Positions 61,044-64,000 of a stretch of DNA of 64,000 nucleotides are shown here, piece after piece. Position 1 is the first letter of the stretch. Every line of letters begins with the position of its first letter. A program made the translations under genes and the position numbers. The notes below the pieces were generated by a model. The model searched no databases and had not been told where the DNA came from. It worked only from the letters and a program-made list of their open reading frames with translations. Origin of the DNA: Saccostrea cucullata (lineage: Eukaryota); NCBI RefSeq assembly GCF_032062105.1, contig NW_026924013.1:62001-126000 (forward strand). Direction: 5' to 3'.

Positions 61044-62847
61044 TGAGACATTTATTATGTATAGATATCTCTTATTTTATTTCTAAAAGAAGAATCAAAA
61101 AATTAAAATAAGTTACTTTTATTAACTAGAAATATTTTTAAATGCAAAAATCAAGATGCATTCATGTGAAATAATAATCATTGTCTCAAATGCATCTGTA
61201 AGATAGTACAGAACCCGCTAAATACAACTCTAAGTTTGCTTTGAAAATATTTGTTGACGGTTTGTAAGGGTAATGATGAAATGGTTAACTTTAAAATGCT
61301 TGGTGCTATTTCTTTCTGTAAAAATCTACTATGTACATGTATCTTCTTTTTAAATAATTCATATCTTATCAGTGCTGTTTTTTTTATTTGACCAAGATAA
61401 AACATGTTATTGTTTAAAACATAATGACTGCAGCCTCAAAACTTTTATAGTCCCCATCTATTGCAGCATAATATTTATGTTTAACTTACAAGAAACTGCA
61501 TGGTTAATATTTTCAATATAATAATAAAAATGATGATTCAGACTTACTGACTTTGATAGCAATAATTTACTGAAAGCTATGCATTTCTAATATGTGCCTG
61601 ACATATTTTTAAACTATAAAAATAAATAAATTTAATTATTTATTTTAAAAAATAGTCTATCACAAACAATCAACCAAAGAATAGTGAATAAAAAAGTCTA
61701 TACAGAACATGTGTGATAAAATTCAGATATTAATATTTAATTTTTAATAAAATTTTAATATTTGTTAAAACAAATGTTGATTGTTTAAATGTTTTCTTGT
61801 ATTCTTGTGTTAGGTTTCGAATTGAACATTTTAAGAAAGGGGATGCAACTGCATGTTCACATGTTATTTATTCTTTTGAATTGTTACTTGCTTTACCAAA
61901 GACTTTAAAGATATAAGGCATACATTTGTTTTCTCTATACTGTATTTATTTCTGTTTCAGTATATGAATGTATGAGTGTTTTTTTAAAAGTCATTTATTT
62001 CACCTTGTTATGTATGAAATATACAAGATGTAGATCTTTGTTAACACATTTGATGAAGAGTGTTATTTCAGTTGCTTTTATTTATATTGTATTAAAAACA
62101 ATATATGTTTGTATGTACTGTTTGTAAAATAATTTTAAAAAATGCTTTACAAGTTATAATTAATTTAATTTTTATGAAAGTTTGCTGCCAAAGACAAATT
62201 TTTAGTTATCCTATTATCACTGTGGTCAGTGTTTACTTAGATCTGAAAAGTGGGAAAAAATTTATGATAAAATCCTATTAAATGAATTGACATCTTTTCT
62301 TTTTTCTGTAATGCTGTTTGGAAAACCTAGTATGTGATACACACTGCTGCAACACGACCATGCACGATTTAAATCAGATTGAAAAAATTAAAGATAACTC
62401 TAAAAATGTTAGAATTTACGGTTTTGAGAACATAGAGGATCAAAAGGATGTGCATTTACATCAAACTAAATCTATTATCAGAATATGTATTTCCATACTG
62501 AGGTTATGCCAAAAAATGTGGAAAACATAAAAGCTAGCATGAAGAATGACAATTCTTTGTTGGGAAATTAGTTATTTTTTTCCTTTTGTGTTGGAGAGGG
62601 TATTAAGTCTTTTAAAACAGGATTAACTTGTGTCCAAACCTATCACTGACAGTGTCTCAATAAAAACTGATTTTAAATCGATGATGATTTATTGTGTAAA
62701 ATGTTTTTACAAGTAAAATATAATAAAAGTTGTCTCCCTTTAAATCCGATTAAAGAATTTTAAATATTCCCGCTACTTCGCCTCTCAAATCATAAGCGTC
62801 CCATTTACATTGATTATGACGTTTCGTTGGATACAAAGAGAGTCAAA

Positions 62848-62921
62848 ATGGCGGTCGAAGTAATGGATGACTTCGAACTGGAAAAGTTGAGAGCTGAAAT
62901 TCAGCAAGAAAAGCAAATGAA
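62848..62921 (+). CDS. First coding exon of a coiled-coil protein gene (MAVEVMDDFELEKLRAEIQQEKQM...), possibly CCDC169-like
   Basis: CpG-enriched upstream region, caaaATGGCG start, coiled-coil-like peptide, strong donor AA|GTAAGT at 62922. Family guess is from memory only. Confidence 0.65.
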
Positions 62922-63499
62922 GTAAGTATTTTTAATAAATTGACATAGCATTACCAAACGAATTACTTATATAAAGTTTGGAAGGGTAAATCGATGCCTT
63001 ATTTGTAGAATTATCGGTATTTTTGTCATCGGGCACCTGCTGATGTTTGTGAAAGATAAAAACGCGTTCAAGAAGAATGGCCTCTGGTTTAGACAGTTTG
63101 GCCTGACATAACGATGACTCGCCTTATGCTTTGTTTATATTATTCTATGTTCATTTGAGTGAAGATTTATGTTTTTCCTCAGTGTTATATTTTTGTTACC
63201 AATATATGTCGAATGGTTTTACTATCTTTGATGTATTTTTATGAGCCAGGCGACGAGGTGCATTAATTATAATCAGAGCACCTGTCTTAATTCTTGATTT
63301 TTTTCCTCATGGTTATGAAAACAAATATTTTTACGAGGGGTAGTGATAAATTTAAAATTAAACAATGATTTTTGAATTTTGATTTTTATAGTTATTTTAC
63401 TTATTTTTATTGGGTTGATTGACTTGAATTGAACAAGAGTTTCTTTTGGGTTAAAGTGGTCCTCTTGTCTCTTTCACAGTTAGGGAAACATGTATTCTA

Positions 63500-63572
63500 A
63501 ATATGGACTCGAAACCAGTACCCCTAGCTAAATAGAGGGTTCGGTTGCTCTACCACTGAGCTATTCAGCCGA
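63500..63572 (-). mobile_element. tRNA-derived SINE head or tRNA pseudogene
   Basis: Minus strand ggctgaatagctcagtggtagagc...ggtttcgagtcc: A-box TAGCTCAGTGG with D-arm, imperfect B-box, no good acceptor or anticodon stem. Confidence 0.6.
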
Positions 63573-64000
63573 TGTACCACAGGCATTTGTTTTGTATATG
63601 GGACACCCCATACTTATATTTACCTCAAGGCTCCTAACTCATTTTCAGGCACACCCAGTTCAAACCTGTATTTTGTTAATTTTTCAATCATTAACCCGAG
63701 TACTGTAAAATGACTCTTCAAGAGACTTTTTCCTTGTCAATTAAATTGTTTCAGAAGTCTCTGAAAATGAGTTAGGTACCTTGTGGTAAAAATAAGTAGG
63801 GGGCACCCCATATAAATGAAGTGCCTGTGCAATGTATCCCTATCCCACCACATTCATCCACCCTTTTTCTTGAGCAAGGTTTTCCATCCAAAACCTCACT
63901 AAAAGTTAAATTTTTTCTAAGCCACCCATGGGTTTTGTTGTTGGGAGCTAAATGTAACAAGATGGACAAAAATGACTGCCAGATAGACTCGACTCAAACC

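Noticed and set aside
63500-63572. Functional tRNA gene
   Set aside because: Acceptor and anticodon stems do not pair well and the B-box is imperfect; tRNAscan-SE would decide.

Overview
AT-rich, intron-rich animal genomic DNA, most likely an oyster (Crassostrea/Magallana), judged from a 166-bp Cg170-type satellite inside Helentron-like non-autonomous elements (HINEs). Four protein-coding genes: (1) the 3' part of a NEK1-like kinase gene (+, from the window start to ~14.1 kb, kinase domain outside the window, two possible last exons); (2) a complete 5-exon secreted serine beta-lactamase/PBP-like gene (-, 16242-22023, 569 aa, SxxK/YxN/HSG intact); (3) an ARHGEF17-like RhoGEF (+, probable first exon ~24.3 kb, CDS 31485-60116, ~1620 aa); (4) the first exon of a coiled-coil gene (+, 62848-62921, possibly CCDC169). 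Introns hold HINEs with three different satellite monomers, TA-flanked MITEs, a CMC/EnSpm-like element with a nested HINE, a piggyBac-like end, palindromes and tRNA-derived SINE heads. The most unusual signal is that up to six ARHGEF17 exon boundaries are locally duplicated into the adjacent intron. In one case (53000-53166) the first exon copy has the acceptor but no GT donor and the second has the donor but no acceptor, a candidate intron gain by tandem duplication. All models were read by eye; comparisons to vertebrate proteins are from memory, not alignments.
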